A DNA stretch of 64,000 nt from an uncultured Pseudomonadota bacterium (GTDB lineage: Bacteria > Oederibacteriota > Muellerivitia > Muellerivitales > Muellerivitaceae), in NCBI GenBank assembly GCA_963770835.1, contig CAVYRH010000004.1, positions 448,001 to 512,000 on the forward strand, in the 5' to 3' direction. The position numbers were made by a program, and so were the translations under genes. Of this stretch, positions 39,455 to 51,040 are shown one piece after another. Each line of letters starts with the position of its first letter. Positions within the stretch are counted from its first letter, which is position 1. Below the pieces are notes generated by a model that was not told the origin of the DNA, did no database searches, and saw nothing but the letters and a program-made list of their open reading frames with translations.

Positions 39455-39978
39455 TTAAGCCTTTCCCAGCGACAGCTCGCGCACCTCCACAACCTCTTCC
39501 TGGAATTCGCTAATAAATTGAGGATATTTTCGAATGAGGGACGACAGGGTTGTGCTTTCCAAGTATCGCTGAATCGAATCTAAATAACTGCTCAGCTTGG
39601 CGGCCACGGCCGGCCGCTTCAGGGCCGGACATTTCGTGTCCGCCCCCACCAGCACTTTCTCATGATCCCTGCTGTGCATGACCACTGCGGGGTACATCGA
39701 ACAATCCAGGGGACGGGCCTCATAAACCTGGCACGTATGGTCCTCCGGATTGAAAAACGAACAGGCGAACCCATGTCCGCACGCCACGAGTTGGGCCTTG
39801 GAAGGCCGGGCGGAGCCCGCCTCCCGGAAGGAGCCTTTCGGCTTGAGAAGCTCGGTTTGGGTCCTTTCCTCGGGAAAGAAGAAAGGGGAGAGGGCCGCCT
39901 GCTTTTCAGGAAAGCGGCAGCAAACAGGGCATTCGAGGCAGACTTCACTGGGGATGAGTTGGGAAGCTGGGGCTGCAT
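39455..39978 (-). CDS. YkgJ-family Cys-cluster (CxxCxxCC) protein; probable 1-nt frameshift near the start
   Basis: 'CLECPVCCRF', 'CSFF...CQVYEARPLDCSMYP'; ATG 39978 with GGGAG RBS is out of frame by one base. Confidence 0.75.
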
Positions 39979-40118
39979 GAGGCTCCCGGGTTATTGAACT
40001 GTTGAAAAAGCCCATCTTCGCCGGGCTTTTTCGGAAACATTCAGAGTAACCCCACGATTCCTGCGGAATCTTTGGGGTCAGGGGCTGCTTTGTGGCTGCC
40101 TTAATTTCTTATCAGCCC

Positions 40119-40310
40119 CTATAAGTTGTAGATGCCCACGCCGATGGTGATCAGGCCGCCGATGATCAAAACCGGCGCCAAAGTCATGGATCCCATAGCC
40201 AAGAACATATAACCCGCCACCAGGACGCCGACTCCGGCGCCCAGGGTGATTTTACCTTCCTTGCTCATTTTGGGTTCGATGGTTTGGGGTTTCGCGGTTT
40301 TGTCCGCCAT
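40119..40310 (-). CDS. Small two-TM membrane protein
   Basis: AAGGAG RBS, 'SMTLAPVLIIGG' (resembles small DUF3098-like proteins). Confidence 0.65.
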   Translation of the reverse strand: MADKTAKPQTIEPKMSKEGKITLGAGVGVLVAGYMFLAMGSMTLAPVLIIGGLITIGVGIYNL

Positions 40311-40412
40311 GACGGCTCCTTGAAAGATGTGGGTTTCAGAAAGTAATTGTACCAGAGGGGGTGGAAAATACGGATAGGGAAAGGCTTGGGGGAGCCAATG
40401 ACGCAGGCCCGA

Positions 40413-41694
<1,282 letters not shown>

Positions 41695-41719
41695 GGAATT
41701 CCTTAATGAAGTTGTTGGA

Positions 41720-41765
41720 TTTTAGCCTTTGGCCATTAGCTAAAAGCTAACAGCTAAGGGCTGAC
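41720..41765. repeat. Collapsed inverted heptamer-array element (TTAGC ... GCTAA)
   Basis: TTTTAGC CTTTGGC CATTA / GCTAAAA GCTAACA GCTAAGG GCTGAC. Confidence 0.65.
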
Positions 41766-41766
41766 T

Positions 41767-42066
41767 TTAAAGCTTCTTTAATACCGAGTCGACCTTGTCG
41801 ATGGGGCGCTGGTCCTTGTCCTTGCGGTCGTCCAGCTTGATGACGGTATAGACCCTTTTGGCGCCCTTGGAAAAGGGGAGTTTGTGCATGGCGGCCGCCA
41901 GCTTGAGCAAGGTTTCGGTTTTGCCGGTCACGATGGTCCCCATCCCGTTCAATTCATATTGGATGCCCTTTTGTTTTTGGAGGTATCTGAAAATGTCGGC
42001 GACGTAAGCGCTGATTGAGGTCTTTCCCGTCCCCAAGGGGATTACGCTGATTTCCATCATGGCCAT
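41767..42066 (-). CDS. MTH1187/YkoF-like thiamine-binding protein
   Basis: 'EISVIPLGTG.TSISAYVA...YELNGMGT...RVYTVIKLDDR'. Confidence 0.88.
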   Translation of the reverse strand: MAMMEISVIPLGTGKTSISAYVADIFRYLQKQKGIQYELNGMGTIVTGKTETLLKLAAAMHKLPFSKGAKRVYTVIKLDDRKDKDQRPIDKVDSVLKKL

Positions 42067-42216
42067 GGGTTCGCTCCTTCTCATGAAATATCGTGAAAGT
42101 ATATCCAAAGGAAAAAGGATTTGATAGAAGGGGACCGGCTTAAAAAGCTGTCCGAGGAACCCCGGAAGGAATATACTTTTCGGACATCTTAATTCCACCA
42201 ATTAGGGGAGGGCATC

Positions 42217-42957
42217 ATGCGCGTCATTCATTCCCGGCGGATTCTTTCGGCGGCAATTTTGTTTTTGACCCTGCCGCTTTGGGCCGCCGACCGGACCGGC
42301 GCCTTGCTGGACGACTACGGCGACGTCAAGACCACCAAGGAAGACAAAGCCGTCAAAAAGGAACAGGATGACATCCTGAAGATGCTGAACGCGGGCAACA
42401 AGCGCCATGTGAAACACATGGTCCACGGGAAGGACCCCCGGGTGATGGTGGTCAGTTGCGCGGATTCCCACGTGACGCCCGAAACGGTCTTCGGCGTCCA
42501 GCCCGGTGACCTTTTCGTCAACCGCACCTTCGGCACCGTGGTGGATAAGGTGATCCTGGCCAGCCTGGAATACGGGGCCACGAACCTGCACTGCCGGGTC
42601 CTGGTGGTGATGGGTCATACCGATTGCACCGCCGTCAAGGGGGCCATCGACGAACACGCGAACCCCCGGACCGAGGACCAATGGGATTCCTTGAATCAAA
42701 AGGCGCTTTACGAAAAGATCGAGCCGGCGGTGGCCGAAGTGGAGGAGGTCCAAGAGAGGTCCGAAGCCCAAACCGGGACGAAGTTGGAAGGAACGGCCTT
42801 GCTTGATGCGGTCATGAGAACCAATGTTTTGAACACCATGCACGAGATCCGCCAGCAAAGCCCGATCTTGTGGGGCTTGGAGAAAAAGGAATATCTGAGA
42901 ATCGTGGGTTGCGTTTATCACAAGGACAGCGGCAAGGTGGAGTGGATCAAGGAATAA
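42217..42957 (+). CDS. Secreted beta-class carbonic anhydrase-like protein
   Basis: 'SCADSHV.PE..F...PGDLFV.R', 'SLEYG', 'GHTDC'; signal peptide. Confidence 0.85.
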   Translation: MRVIHSRRILSAAILFLTLPLWAADRTGALLDDYGDVKTTKEDKAVKKEQDDILKMLNAGNKRHVKHMVHGKDPRVMVVSCADSHVTPETVFGVQPGDLFVNRTFGTVVDKVILASLEYGATNLHCRVLVVMGHTDCTAVKGAIDEHANPRTEDQWDSLNQKALYEKIEPAVAEVEEVQERSEAQTGTKLEGTALLDAVMRTNVLNTMHEIRQQSPILWGLEKKEYLRIVGCVYHKDSGKVEWIKE

Positions 42958-42965
42958 AAAAATTA

Positions 42966-43037
42966 TCACCACCAAGACACCAAGGGCACCAAGAACGACT
43001 CAATCCTTTTCTTGGGGAACCGGAGTCTCGGTGGTGA
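42966..43037. repeat. Inverted ~9-mer-array element (CACCAAG ... CTTGG)
   Basis: TCACCACCAAGACACCAAGGGCACCAAGA ... TCTTGGGGAACCGGAGTCTCGGTGGTGA. Confidence 0.65.
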
Positions 43038-43055
43038 ACTTTTTTGAGGTGTTTT

Positions 43056-44144
43056 GTGATCATTGGGGTGCCGAAAGAAATCAAAGACAACGAATACCGC
43101 GTCGGGGTGGTGCCGGGCGGCGTGGAGGAGCTGAGGGCCGCCGGCCACCGGGTGCTCATTGAAAAAGGCGCGGGCCTGGGCAGCGGCATTTCGGACGCGG
43201 AATTCAAGGAAGCGGGCGCCGACATCGTCCTGAAGGCCGAAGTTTTCCGCCGTTCTGAAATGATCCTCAAGGTCAAGGAACCCCAAGTTTCCGAGCACCG
43301 GTTGATCCGCCCCGGCCAAATCCTTTTCTGTTATTTCCATTTCGCGGCCTCGCAAGAATTAACCCGGGCGGTCCTCAAGACCAAGACGGTGGCGATCGCT
43401 TATGAGACTATTCGTCTTTCCTCCGGCGAGCATCCCCTCCTGACGCCCATGAGCGAGGTGGCGGGGAAGATGGCCATCCAGGAGGGCGCCAAATACCTGG
43501 AGCGCTCCATGGGCGGCAAGGGGATTTTGCTGGGGGGCGTAGCGGGGGTGAAACCCGCCAAGGTGGTGGTCTTGGGCGGCGGGGTGGTGGGCAGCAACGC
43601 CGCCAAGACCGCCGCCGGGCTCGGCGCCCGGGTGACCATCCTGGACATCAATCCCGGCCGCTTGCGTTATTTGGAGGACATCCTGCCCAAGAATGTCGTC
43701 ACCTTGGTTTCCAACCGCCGCGTGGTGCGCGAGGAAGTCCGGGAGGCGGACCTCCTGGTCGGCGCCGTTTACATCGAGGGGGCCAAGGCGCCCCGCCTGG
43801 TGACCGGGGCCATGGTCCAGCAGATGAAGGCGGGTTCGGTGATCGTTGACGTGGCCATCGACCAGGGAGGCTGCGTGGAAACAGCCCGCCCCACCACGCA
43901 TAGCCGCCCCGTTTACACCCAATACGGCGTGGTGCATTATTGCGTGACGAACATCCCGGGAGCGGTGGGGATGACCTCCACCTACGCCCTCACGAACTCC
44001 ACCCTGCCTTTTGTCCTGGAGATCGCCCGGCATGGATACCAGGAAGCGGTCCGCCGGAATCCCGCCATCCAGCACGGGTTGAATATCGACCGTGGGGTTT
44101 TGATCCATCCAGCCTTGAAAGCCGCCTTCAACAAGATCCGTTGA
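43056..44144 (+). CDS. ald: Alanine dehydrogenase
   Basis: 'IIGVPKEIKDNEYRV', 'KVKEP', 'PMSEVAG', 'GGGVVG', 'DVAIDQGGCVET'. Confidence 0.95.
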   Translation: MIIGVPKEIKDNEYRVGVVPGGVEELRAAGHRVLIEKGAGLGSGISDAEFKEAGADIVLKAEVFRRSEMILKVKEPQVSEHRLIRPGQILFCYFHFAASQELTRAVLKTKTVAIAYETIRLSSGEHPLLTPMSEVAGKMAIQEGAKYLERSMGGKGILLGGVAGVKPAKVVVLGGGVVGSNAAKTAAGLGARVTILDINPGRLRYLEDILPKNVVTLVSNRRVVREEVREADLLVGAVYIEGAKAPRLVTGAMVQQMKAGSVIVDVAIDQGGCVETARPTTHSRPVYTQYGVVHYCVTNIPGAVGMTSTYALTNSTLPFVLEIARHGYQEAVRRNPAIQHGLNIDRGVLIHPALKAAFNKIR

Positions 44145-44151
44145 AGGCGGA

Positions 44152-44256
44152 GGTTTAAATTCTAAGTTTTGAATTTTGAGTCTTTGAAAAAATCCCATTG
44201 ATTAAATCAATGGGATTTTTCCTTAACTCAACACTAAAAACTCATAACTCATAACT
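44152..44256. repeat. Inverted heptamer-array element enclosing a palindrome
   Basis: GGTTTAA ATTCTAA GTTTTGA ATTTTGA ... AAAAATCCCATTGATT-A-AATCAATGGGATTTTT ... AACTCAA CACTAAA AACTCAT AACTCAT. Confidence 0.75.
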
Positions 44257-44269
44257 GGAGGTTTTAAAA

Positions 44270-44983
44270 TTGCCGACCGTCTTCGCCAGCGTGAGCATTA
44301 CCCTGATTCTTTTTTTTGCCGCCACCCTCGGTATGGCCTATGCCCACTTCCTGCCCCCCGGACTTCACATGCTTTGGGGATTTTTTGTGGCGCTTCTCAT
44401 CGTCCTTCTCCAGTGCCTGATTTTCGGGTTTTTCATCGGAAGCGGGAAATCCATCAAACGGGTCGTTCAGGAAAACGGGCTTAATCCGGAATGGATCCAA
44501 AAAACGAAGGATTATAAAAACAAGTCTTATCCTATGTTGATGTTGGCCATCGTGGTGTCGGTGGCGGCGGCGGTTGTGGGCGGCGGCGTTTCCGCGGGTT
44601 CGGTGCCCCTGTGGGTCCACCAAGTCCTGGTTTGGTGCGCTCTGGGGACCAACGTCTACTCCCTATGGACCTCCTATCGAGTGGTGGTGGAAAACGTGGA
44701 AGCGATTCATCGCATCAACCGGGAAGTCCAAATTTTGAAAGCGGGAGGGCCTTCTCCGGCGACGGCCCTGACAAGGGAAGAAAAACGGGAAGCGACTCCT
44801 CTCCCGGCAAAACCACTTCTGGCCTCTCATTTTTATTTCCTGGCCGCGGCGGTTTGGGTCCCCTACCTCTACATGAAGTTTTCCCTCGGAAGCCGGACTT
44901 TTCCTTATTGGCCTTTTGCCGTCCTCAGCTTTTTTTTTCTCCTGGCTGGACGGTTGAGAGCCCCCAAAACCCCGAAGAACTAG
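44270..44983 (+). CDS. Hypothetical multi-pass membrane protein
   Basis: GGAGG RBS, about six hydrophobic segments. Confidence 0.7.
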   Translation: MPTVFASVSITLILFFAATLGMAYAHFLPPGLHMLWGFFVALLIVLLQCLIFGFFIGSGKSIKRVVQENGLNPEWIQKTKDYKNKSYPMLMLAIVVSVAAAVVGGGVSAGSVPLWVHQVLVWCALGTNVYSLWTSYRVVVENVEAIHRINREVQILKAGGPSPATALTREEKREATPLPAKPLLASHFYFLAAAVWVPYLYMKFSLGSRTFPYWPFAVLSFFFLLAGRLRAPKTPKN

Positions 44984-45134
44984 CTGAATTACCGAAGAAA
45001 AAGCTTTTTCCCAGGGGCAAATCGGCTAAAATGTCGCCCTTGTCATCCTAGGCCGGATTTACCGCATCAAATCACCGGATTGGCTCGTCCAAAGGTGACG
45101 CGGGTTTTCAACTCCAAAAGGTCAGAATTTATTA

Positions 45135-45893
45135 ATGAAGCCTGTTCAAAAAATTAACCTGGTTATGGCACTGACCCTTCTTTTCGGCGGTATTTGCGCC
45201 ACGGGATGGGGCGATGCGGAAAATCCGGGGGATTATCTTCATTCCCGTACCTACCTTGGCGTGGTTGGGACCTCGGTCAGCGTCGACACGGGCGGGATGT
45301 TCAGCGGGCTTAATTATTCCAGGATCGACAATCCCACCTACGAAGTCGACTTGATACCAGCCTTGGACCAAAATTTCGGCTTCGGTGTCCTCTTAGGACA
45401 CCGGGAAGAAGCCTGGGCCGTGGAAGTCAGCTACTGGCAGTCGAACCATAACGCCACTTTCGGGCCGGGAGTGGTGGGTTCGGTCTCGGGGAGCTCGGTC
45501 ACCTTGACCCAACAATTCCAGGACACCGCCGTTTATAGTTCGGTGAACGTCGACTTCAAACGGTACTTTTTTACCGAAGCCCAAACCCAGCCTTTTATCA
45601 GCCTGGGCGTCAGCTTTCCCTGGATCACGGTCAACAATGCCGCTGCCGACGCCAATGGCAATATCGGGCCCCTGACCCTGGCGGGTCTTGGATTGAACCT
45701 GGGTGTCGGCGTGGAGTATTACCTTTCCCCCAACCTTTCCTTCTTCGGGGGCGCCTACAAGCGTTGGGCCAGTTTCGACGAGTTCAAGGGTTTGGCCCTC
45801 GAATACAACCAAATTGCCCAATACGGCAGCTCACCGACCTACGAGGGAGGCGGCTTTAATTTCGCCGTCGGAACCTCCATTGGAATTGAGTGA
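45135..45893 (+). CDS. Outer-membrane beta-barrel protein (OmpW/OmpA-TM-like)
   Basis: Signal peptide, 'QPFISLGVSFP', 'GLNLGVGVEYYLSPN'. Confidence 0.75.
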   Translation: MKPVQKINLVMALTLLFGGICATGWGDAENPGDYLHSRTYLGVVGTSVSVDTGGMFSGLNYSRIDNPTYEVDLIPALDQNFGFGVLLGHREEAWAVEVSYWQSNHNATFGPGVVGSVSGSSVTLTQQFQDTAVYSSVNVDFKRYFFTEAQTQPFISLGVSFPWITVNNAAADANGNIGPLTLAGLGLNLGVGVEYYLSPNLSFFGGAYKRWASFDEFKGLALEYNQIAQYGSSPTYEGGGFNFAVGTSIGIE

Positions 45894-45902
45894 GGCCGGC
45901 GG

Positions 45903-47000
45903 ATGAGGAATTTTCAAGGAAGGCTTAAAGTGAAAAAGACGCTGATCGTATTACTGCTGGCCATGCCCGGGTTCGGCGCCCTGATCCTCAACTTATCTTG
46001 TTCCGCCAAAACGCCGACGGCCGCCGATAATTTCCAAAATCCCGTCCAAACCATCGTCGGGATTAATCCAACCCTCACCTTCACGCCAACCTTCACTTTT
46101 ACGCCTACTTTTACCCCTACCTCCACTGGCACGCCGACAAACACCCCTACCCCCTATGTCACTGCCACGCCTTGGACGGGCTTCAGCGGGCCCTCTGGTA
46201 TAGCTGTGGACCACAGCGGGAATGTTTACGTGGCGGACACGGGCAACAACCGTGTCGGGAAATATAACCCCAATGGTTCCTTGGTGATCGGCTGGGGAAC
46301 CGCCGGAATCAAAGGCAAAATTCCGTACCCTACCCCGGTGGGCGTGGCGGTGGACGCGGTCTCAAACCTTTACGTGGTGGGAAGCGGGAACCAGGTGAGT
46401 AAATACGGCCTGGCGGGGAATTTAGTCACTTCCACGTTCTCAGCCTCCCTGACTTTTTCAAACCCTCAAGGTGTGGCGGTGGACGGTAGCGGCAATGTTT
46501 ACGTTAGCGATTCCGGAAATAACCGGATCGTCCAGTTGAATTCCAGCGGTAACGCCACCGGTTTTGGCGGAAGCGGCATCCTCAGCTTAGCCTCCCCGGT
46601 CGTGATCGGTTCCATCACCATCTCTTCGCCGGTGACCCTGGCCGGTATCGCCGTTAACGGCGGGATTGTTTATGTCGCCACCCAGGGCACGGGGGTCAAC
46701 GGCAGCAGTTACAGTTCGATTTTGGGTTTTGATGCCGCCACGGGTAATACCACGACTTTTGTCCTCCCGGGTTTTGTCAATCCCACGGGAATCGCGTTTG
46801 ACTCCCTCGGCAATCTTTATGTGGCGGACACGGGTAACAAACAAGTCGAGGAATTCGCGACAGGATCCTTCAGCCAAGTGCCGCTGGCTTTCAACAATTC
46901 CAGCATGCTGGTGAGTCCGAAGGGGATCGCGGTGGACCCAAGTTTCAATATTTACGTGACGGATTCAGTGGCTAACGATGTCGTTAAATTCACGCCTTAA
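45903..47000 (+). CDS. NHL-repeat lipoprotein with Thr/Pro linker
   Basis: Lipobox 'LSC', 'PSGIAVDHSGNVYVADTGNNR' repeats. Confidence 0.85.
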   Translation: MRNFQGRLKVKKTLIVLLLAMPGFGALILNLSCSAKTPTAADNFQNPVQTIVGINPTLTFTPTFTFTPTFTPTSTGTPTNTPTPYVTATPWTGFSGPSGIAVDHSGNVYVADTGNNRVGKYNPNGSLVIGWGTAGIKGKIPYPTPVGVAVDAVSNLYVVGSGNQVSKYGLAGNLVTSTFSASLTFSNPQGVAVDGSGNVYVSDSGNNRIVQLNSSGNATGFGGSGILSLASPVVIGSITISSPVTLAGIAVNGGIVYVATQGTGVNGSSYSSILGFDAATGNTTTFVLPGFVNPTGIAFDSLGNLYVADTGNKQVEEFATGSFSQVPLAFNNSSMLVSPKGIAVDPSFNIYVTDSVANDVVKFTP

Positions 47001-47015
47001 AGAGGAAGTTTTAGG

Positions 47016-48203
47016 ATGAAAAAAAGTTTTCTGTTCTTAATCCTGGCGGTGGGACTGGCCATTCCTTTCGCTTGTTCTAAAAATAGTAATCCCATCAGCC
47101 CGGCCCCGACAGCCACTTTCACCCCGGTGCCTACCAACTGGGCGGGTTACACCAACACCTTTACGACGACATCGACGCCGACCGCCACGCCGACGGTCAC
47201 CGGCGTAACTGCCACGGCTACGTCAACGCCGACCTCTACTGCTACATCGACCTCGACGGCCACCGCCACGGCGACTCCTCCGGGTCCCACGGGTACCCCC
47301 ACTAATACCATTACTTATACTCCCACAATTACGGGTACCCCCACCTCGACCCCCTATACCCTGACCCAGCCCTCCGCAATACAAAATGGGCCCTCTGTCG
47401 AAGATCCCAACGGGGTGGCCTATAATTCCACGACAAGCCTTCTTTACGTTGCCGAGGGGGAAGAGGGGGCTTCCGGAAACGAAGTCCAGGTTTTTAACTC
47501 CGGCCTTGGCGCGGTGACGACTTTAACGTCTTATAGTTCGACGCCTTTTGGGAACCCTTGGGGTATAGCCGTGAACTCGGCTGGTACGACCATTTACGTA
47601 TTGGATGCGGTAAAAAACGCCGTTTATGCGTTTAATGCTTCCTATGCCCCGGTGACTTCTTGGTCGGGTTACGGCGGGGGTTCCTTCAATGCCCCCGAGG
47701 GAATAGCCGTCGATTCAAGCGGAAATGTTTACGTGGCGGATACACAGAATAATATGGTCGATGAATTCACTTCCGCCGGGGCTACGATTGCACAGTGGAA
47801 TGGGGCGGATAGCGGATATTTATCCTTTGTTGAACCTAGCGCCGTAGCGATCGCGGGAACCACCATTTTTGTGGCGGATGCCGACAATGAAGTGATTCGT
47901 CAATACAGTCCCCTCGGAACCGTTGCTACCGCGCCCATTACCACTGCCGCCGGCTCGGATATTTTCGGCGTCGCAGCGGATGGGAATGGAAACGTCTACG
48001 CAGCCGACGCCTTCAACAGCCAGGTCCAGATGTACACCACTGCGGGCGCTTTGGAGACCGCCTGGACCGGCCCCTCAGGTGGTTCCACCTTCGTCAGCCC
48101 CGATGGCCTGGCCCTGGTGGGGACGGGCGATATCTGGGTCACCGACTTTGCAAACGGGCCTTCCAGTACGGGAACTTTAACCGAATTCGGGCCTTTACCC
48201 TGA
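47016..48203 (+). CDS. NHL-repeat lipoprotein with Thr/Pro linker
   Basis: Lipobox 'FAC', 'PEGIAVDSSGNVYVADTQNN'. Confidence 0.85.
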   Translation: MKKSFLFLILAVGLAIPFACSKNSNPISPAPTATFTPVPTNWAGYTNTFTTTSTPTATPTVTGVTATATSTPTSTATSTSTATATATPPGPTGTPTNTITYTPTITGTPTSTPYTLTQPSAIQNGPSVEDPNGVAYNSTTSLLYVAEGEEGASGNEVQVFNSGLGAVTTLTSYSSTPFGNPWGIAVNSAGTTIYVLDAVKNAVYAFNASYAPVTSWSGYGGGSFNAPEGIAVDSSGNVYVADTQNNMVDEFTSAGATIAQWNGADSGYLSFVEPSAVAIAGTTIFVADADNEVIRQYSPLGTVATAPITTAAGSDIFGVAADGNGNVYAADAFNSQVQMYTTAGALETAWTGPSGGSTFVSPDGLALVGTGDIWVTDFANGPSSTGTLTEFGPLP

Positions 48204-48392
48204 TATAAAAGCCTTTCCTAACCCTAATCAAACCAAAAAAAGTCCGGTAAAGACAACGTTCCTTCAGCGCAGACTTTGGCCGCCCCCGCCGCTGTACCCA
48301 AAGTTTTCTTTCTTATTCCCAAAACCTCAAGTAAAATAAGGGTTCGTGGGAGCCGTTTCGGTCAATTTTAGAACGGGGGTATGGGGCGACGA

Positions 48393-49178
48393 ATGAAATT
48401 CCATAAAGCCGGTCTGCTTTTGATGATTTTGGTTCTCGTGGCGGGTTGGGTGACGACGGTTTGGGCCGATGAAGACTTAGACTCGATGATTTCCGGCACC
48501 CATAAAAACGACTTCATCCAGGAACGCAGTTACATCGGCGTTGTGGCGACCTCAGCCGATATCGACCAATATGGTGATTTCACGGGCACTGGTACATTTT
48601 CCTATTCCGGATCAGCAACCGTTAGTAATGCTGTTACGGAAGTGGATTTGATTCCATCCATCACCCGGCAATTTGGTTTTGGGGTTTTGGTAGGCCACCG
48701 GGAAGGGCCCTGGGCCTGCGAAATCAGTTTCTGGAAGAGCAGTCATACCGCTACCTTTATCCAAGCCGGTCCCGTTACCATCACCAATCCCGCCAGCCTC
48801 CAAGCCCTCAACATCGATTTAAAGCGTTATTTCTTTACTACGCTCCCAACCCAACCGTTCATCAACCTCGGCCTTTCATTTCCCTGGCTTTACGTGCAAG
48901 ACGGGTCCTACCTCGTCAGCTCATCCGGCACCTCAAACAACAACGAAACAATATCCGGAATAGGGTTCAACATCGGGGCGGGCATGGAACTTTACCTGGA
49001 TAATAATTTTTCGCTCATCGGGGGGCTTTACGAGCGATTCACCGAGTTCGATCAAATCAATGGCGCCTCTAAAATACCATTGGACCAAATGTACTTTGAC
49101 GGCAACCCCTCCGATATTGGAGCTCTCGCGGGCAACGGCCTTAATATCTATGTCGGCACAACCTTCGGCGTTGAGTGA
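48393..49178 (+). CDS. Outer-membrane beta-barrel protein, paralog of 45135-45893
   Basis: Shared 'EVDLIP....FGFGVL.GHRE..WA.E.S.W.S.H.ATF', 'KRYFFT...TQPF', terminal 'G.E'. Confidence 0.75.
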   Translation: MKFHKAGLLLMILVLVAGWVTTVWADEDLDSMISGTHKNDFIQERSYIGVVATSADIDQYGDFTGTGTFSYSGSATVSNAVTEVDLIPSITRQFGFGVLVGHREGPWACEISFWKSSHTATFIQAGPVTITNPASLQALNIDLKRYFFTTLPTQPFINLGLSFPWLYVQDGSYLVSSSGTSNNNETISGIGFNIGAGMELYLDNNFSLIGGLYERFTEFDQINGASKIPLDQMYFDGNPSDIGALAGNGLNIYVGTTFGVE

Positions 49179-49374
49179 GGCCTTTTTAAGAGAATCGATT
49201 TTGAAGAATCCTTTCTTTCCCATAGTGCACAAACGGGGATAATACCCTAGGCGTTTAAAAAGCCCAAAATTTCCGTATTTTCGCCTAATTCGGGGCATTT
49301 TTCCTTTAGTACCAAATCCAGCAAAATTAGGTAAAATTAAACCAGTCGATCATAAAATTCTTTCGAGGCGGCCT

Positions 49375-50694
49375 ATGAAAAGACTACTGATACTTCTTAT
49401 CCTCTTGATGGGTTTGGTTTTCCCATGGGCTTGCAGCGACAACCACACGCCTTCAACGCCATCGGCCCCAGCACTTGGAGGCGGTAATACCGCGACTCCG
49501 ACGGGTACCGTCACCGTTATTAACGCGACTGCTACTGGTACGATTCCCACTTTCACGCCCACAGGCACTCCTACCCCCACGGGGGCGGTCGCTTTCACCC
49601 CCACCATCACATGGACCTTCAGGCCCACACCCGCGTACGACAACAATTATGGAACTTCGGCTGCGCCTAATGGCATGTACTACAACGGGACGCTTTATAT
49701 CGCGGAGGCAGAAAACAGGGCAGGCACGGTCGTGAGCGCGTTCGAACAATATGCAAACAGCGGCGGAGGAGTCTTGGCTTACAACGGTATGGAAAATGGA
49801 ATTGTGATCGGCCAAGCGACGCCTTGTGCCGCATTTTTGCCTACCCCCTATGCCTATACTATCACCGCCTATAATTTCCCAGTGGGGGTGGCTGTCTCCT
49901 CGCCGGGGGGTTCTGGAGTACAAGGTCCTCCAGGGATGATAGAAACGTTGGATGCCCAGCCCGGTAGCGGTAGCGCAACTTTGTATGCCGAAAATAATTA
50001 TGTATTCTGTGATCCCACGGGCTCCGCTGGTGTTGGAGGGCCATTTATGAATCCAACCAACGGGTTCGGCGGGGCCCCCTTTAACAATCCCAAATGCTTG
50101 ACCGCGGATTTACTTGGCCATTTTTACGTCGCGGACACGGGGAATGGCTATGTTGACGAGTTTGACGGTGGAGGAGCCCTCGGCTCGCCTCTTTATTCTC
50201 CCAGTTGGCTTCACCGTTGGAACGGTCCCGGGAGCGGTTATCCCAGCCCGTCGTTTAAAAAACCCGTCGCGGTCGCCTGCGATTCCGGCAACAACGTTTA
50301 CGTCGCCGACGCCGGTCCCTTTGTTTCCGGCGGGGTCAACACGTCCGTCGTTCAAATCTACTCGTCCGGTGGAACCAGCATCATCGGTTCTTTTTACCTC
50401 ATTCCCGGCTGCGTCGTTAACGGCTTGGCGACGGACAGCGCCGGGGATTTCTTCATCTCGGACACGAATAATGGCGAAGTCGAGGAATACAATGTCATCG
50501 GTTGGACTTGTTGTTCCACCGCTCCTCCCACCGTCTTTAGCCAAGTCGGTTTGGTCAGGGCCTGGGGGGACCCCCATGGTTATCATGAACTCCAACCCTA
50601 TACTCCCTCCTGTATCGGATTTCTGGGAGGGGGCTATGTCGTTTCGGGGGACAGCGGCAATGACTTCCTCAACGTTTTTGGACCCCTTTTATAA
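49375..50694 (+). CDS. NHL-repeat lipoprotein with Thr/Pro linker
   Basis: Lipobox 'WAC', 'HFYVADTGN', 'PVAVACDSGNNVYVAD'. Confidence 0.8.
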   Translation: MKRLLILLILLMGLVFPWACSDNHTPSTPSAPALGGGNTATPTGTVTVINATATGTIPTFTPTGTPTPTGAVAFTPTITWTFRPTPAYDNNYGTSAAPNGMYYNGTLYIAEAENRAGTVVSAFEQYANSGGGVLAYNGMENGIVIGQATPCAAFLPTPYAYTITAYNFPVGVAVSSPGGSGVQGPPGMIETLDAQPGSGSATLYAENNYVFCDPTGSAGVGGPFMNPTNGFGGAPFNNPKCLTADLLGHFYVADTGNGYVDEFDGGGALGSPLYSPSWLHRWNGPGSGYPSPSFKKPVAVACDSGNNVYVADAGPFVSGGVNTSVVQIYSSGGTSIIGSFYLIPGCVVNGLATDSAGDFFISDTNNGEVEEYNVIGWTCCSTAPPTVFSQVGLVRAWGDPHGYHELQPYTPSCIGFLGGGYVVSGDSGNDFLNVFGPLL

Positions 50695-50739
50695 GGACAA
50701 ACAAAACGGCAGAAAATTTTCCGATCAAAAAAAATTAGA

Positions 50740-50770
50740 AAAGCCCGGGATTATCAATCCAGGGCTTTTT
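50740..50770. terminator. Probable bidirectional terminator
   Basis: AAAAGCCCGGGAT...ATCCAGGGCTTTTT. Confidence 0.6.
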
Positions 50771-51040
50771 TGTTATCCGGTATTTTTGCCGCGATCCATC
50801 CCCCGGTTGAACGGATCAACCCCCGCGATTTCGGCCAACAAGACCTCCGCCCCATGGGGTTTAATTTTTTTCGAAGGGTGGATAAGCATTTTACAAGTGG
50901 ACAGCGACGCCACCCGTGGAGTAAAAATGATGGATTGGTAAGGAGTTTTGCGATGGGTTGGAACTGTTCCAATAAGGGCTGGATTCCCGCTTGGCTTAAA
51001 TCCGGCGGTTGATACTCAAAAGCCATCAGAAAGGATTGAA

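Noticed and set aside
39992..40035. ORF-track start of the YkgJ gene at 40015 (MGFFNSS...)
   Set aside because: It runs through a hairpin (GAAAAAGCCC...GGGCTTTTTC); ATG 39978 with an RBS and a one-base correction is more plausible
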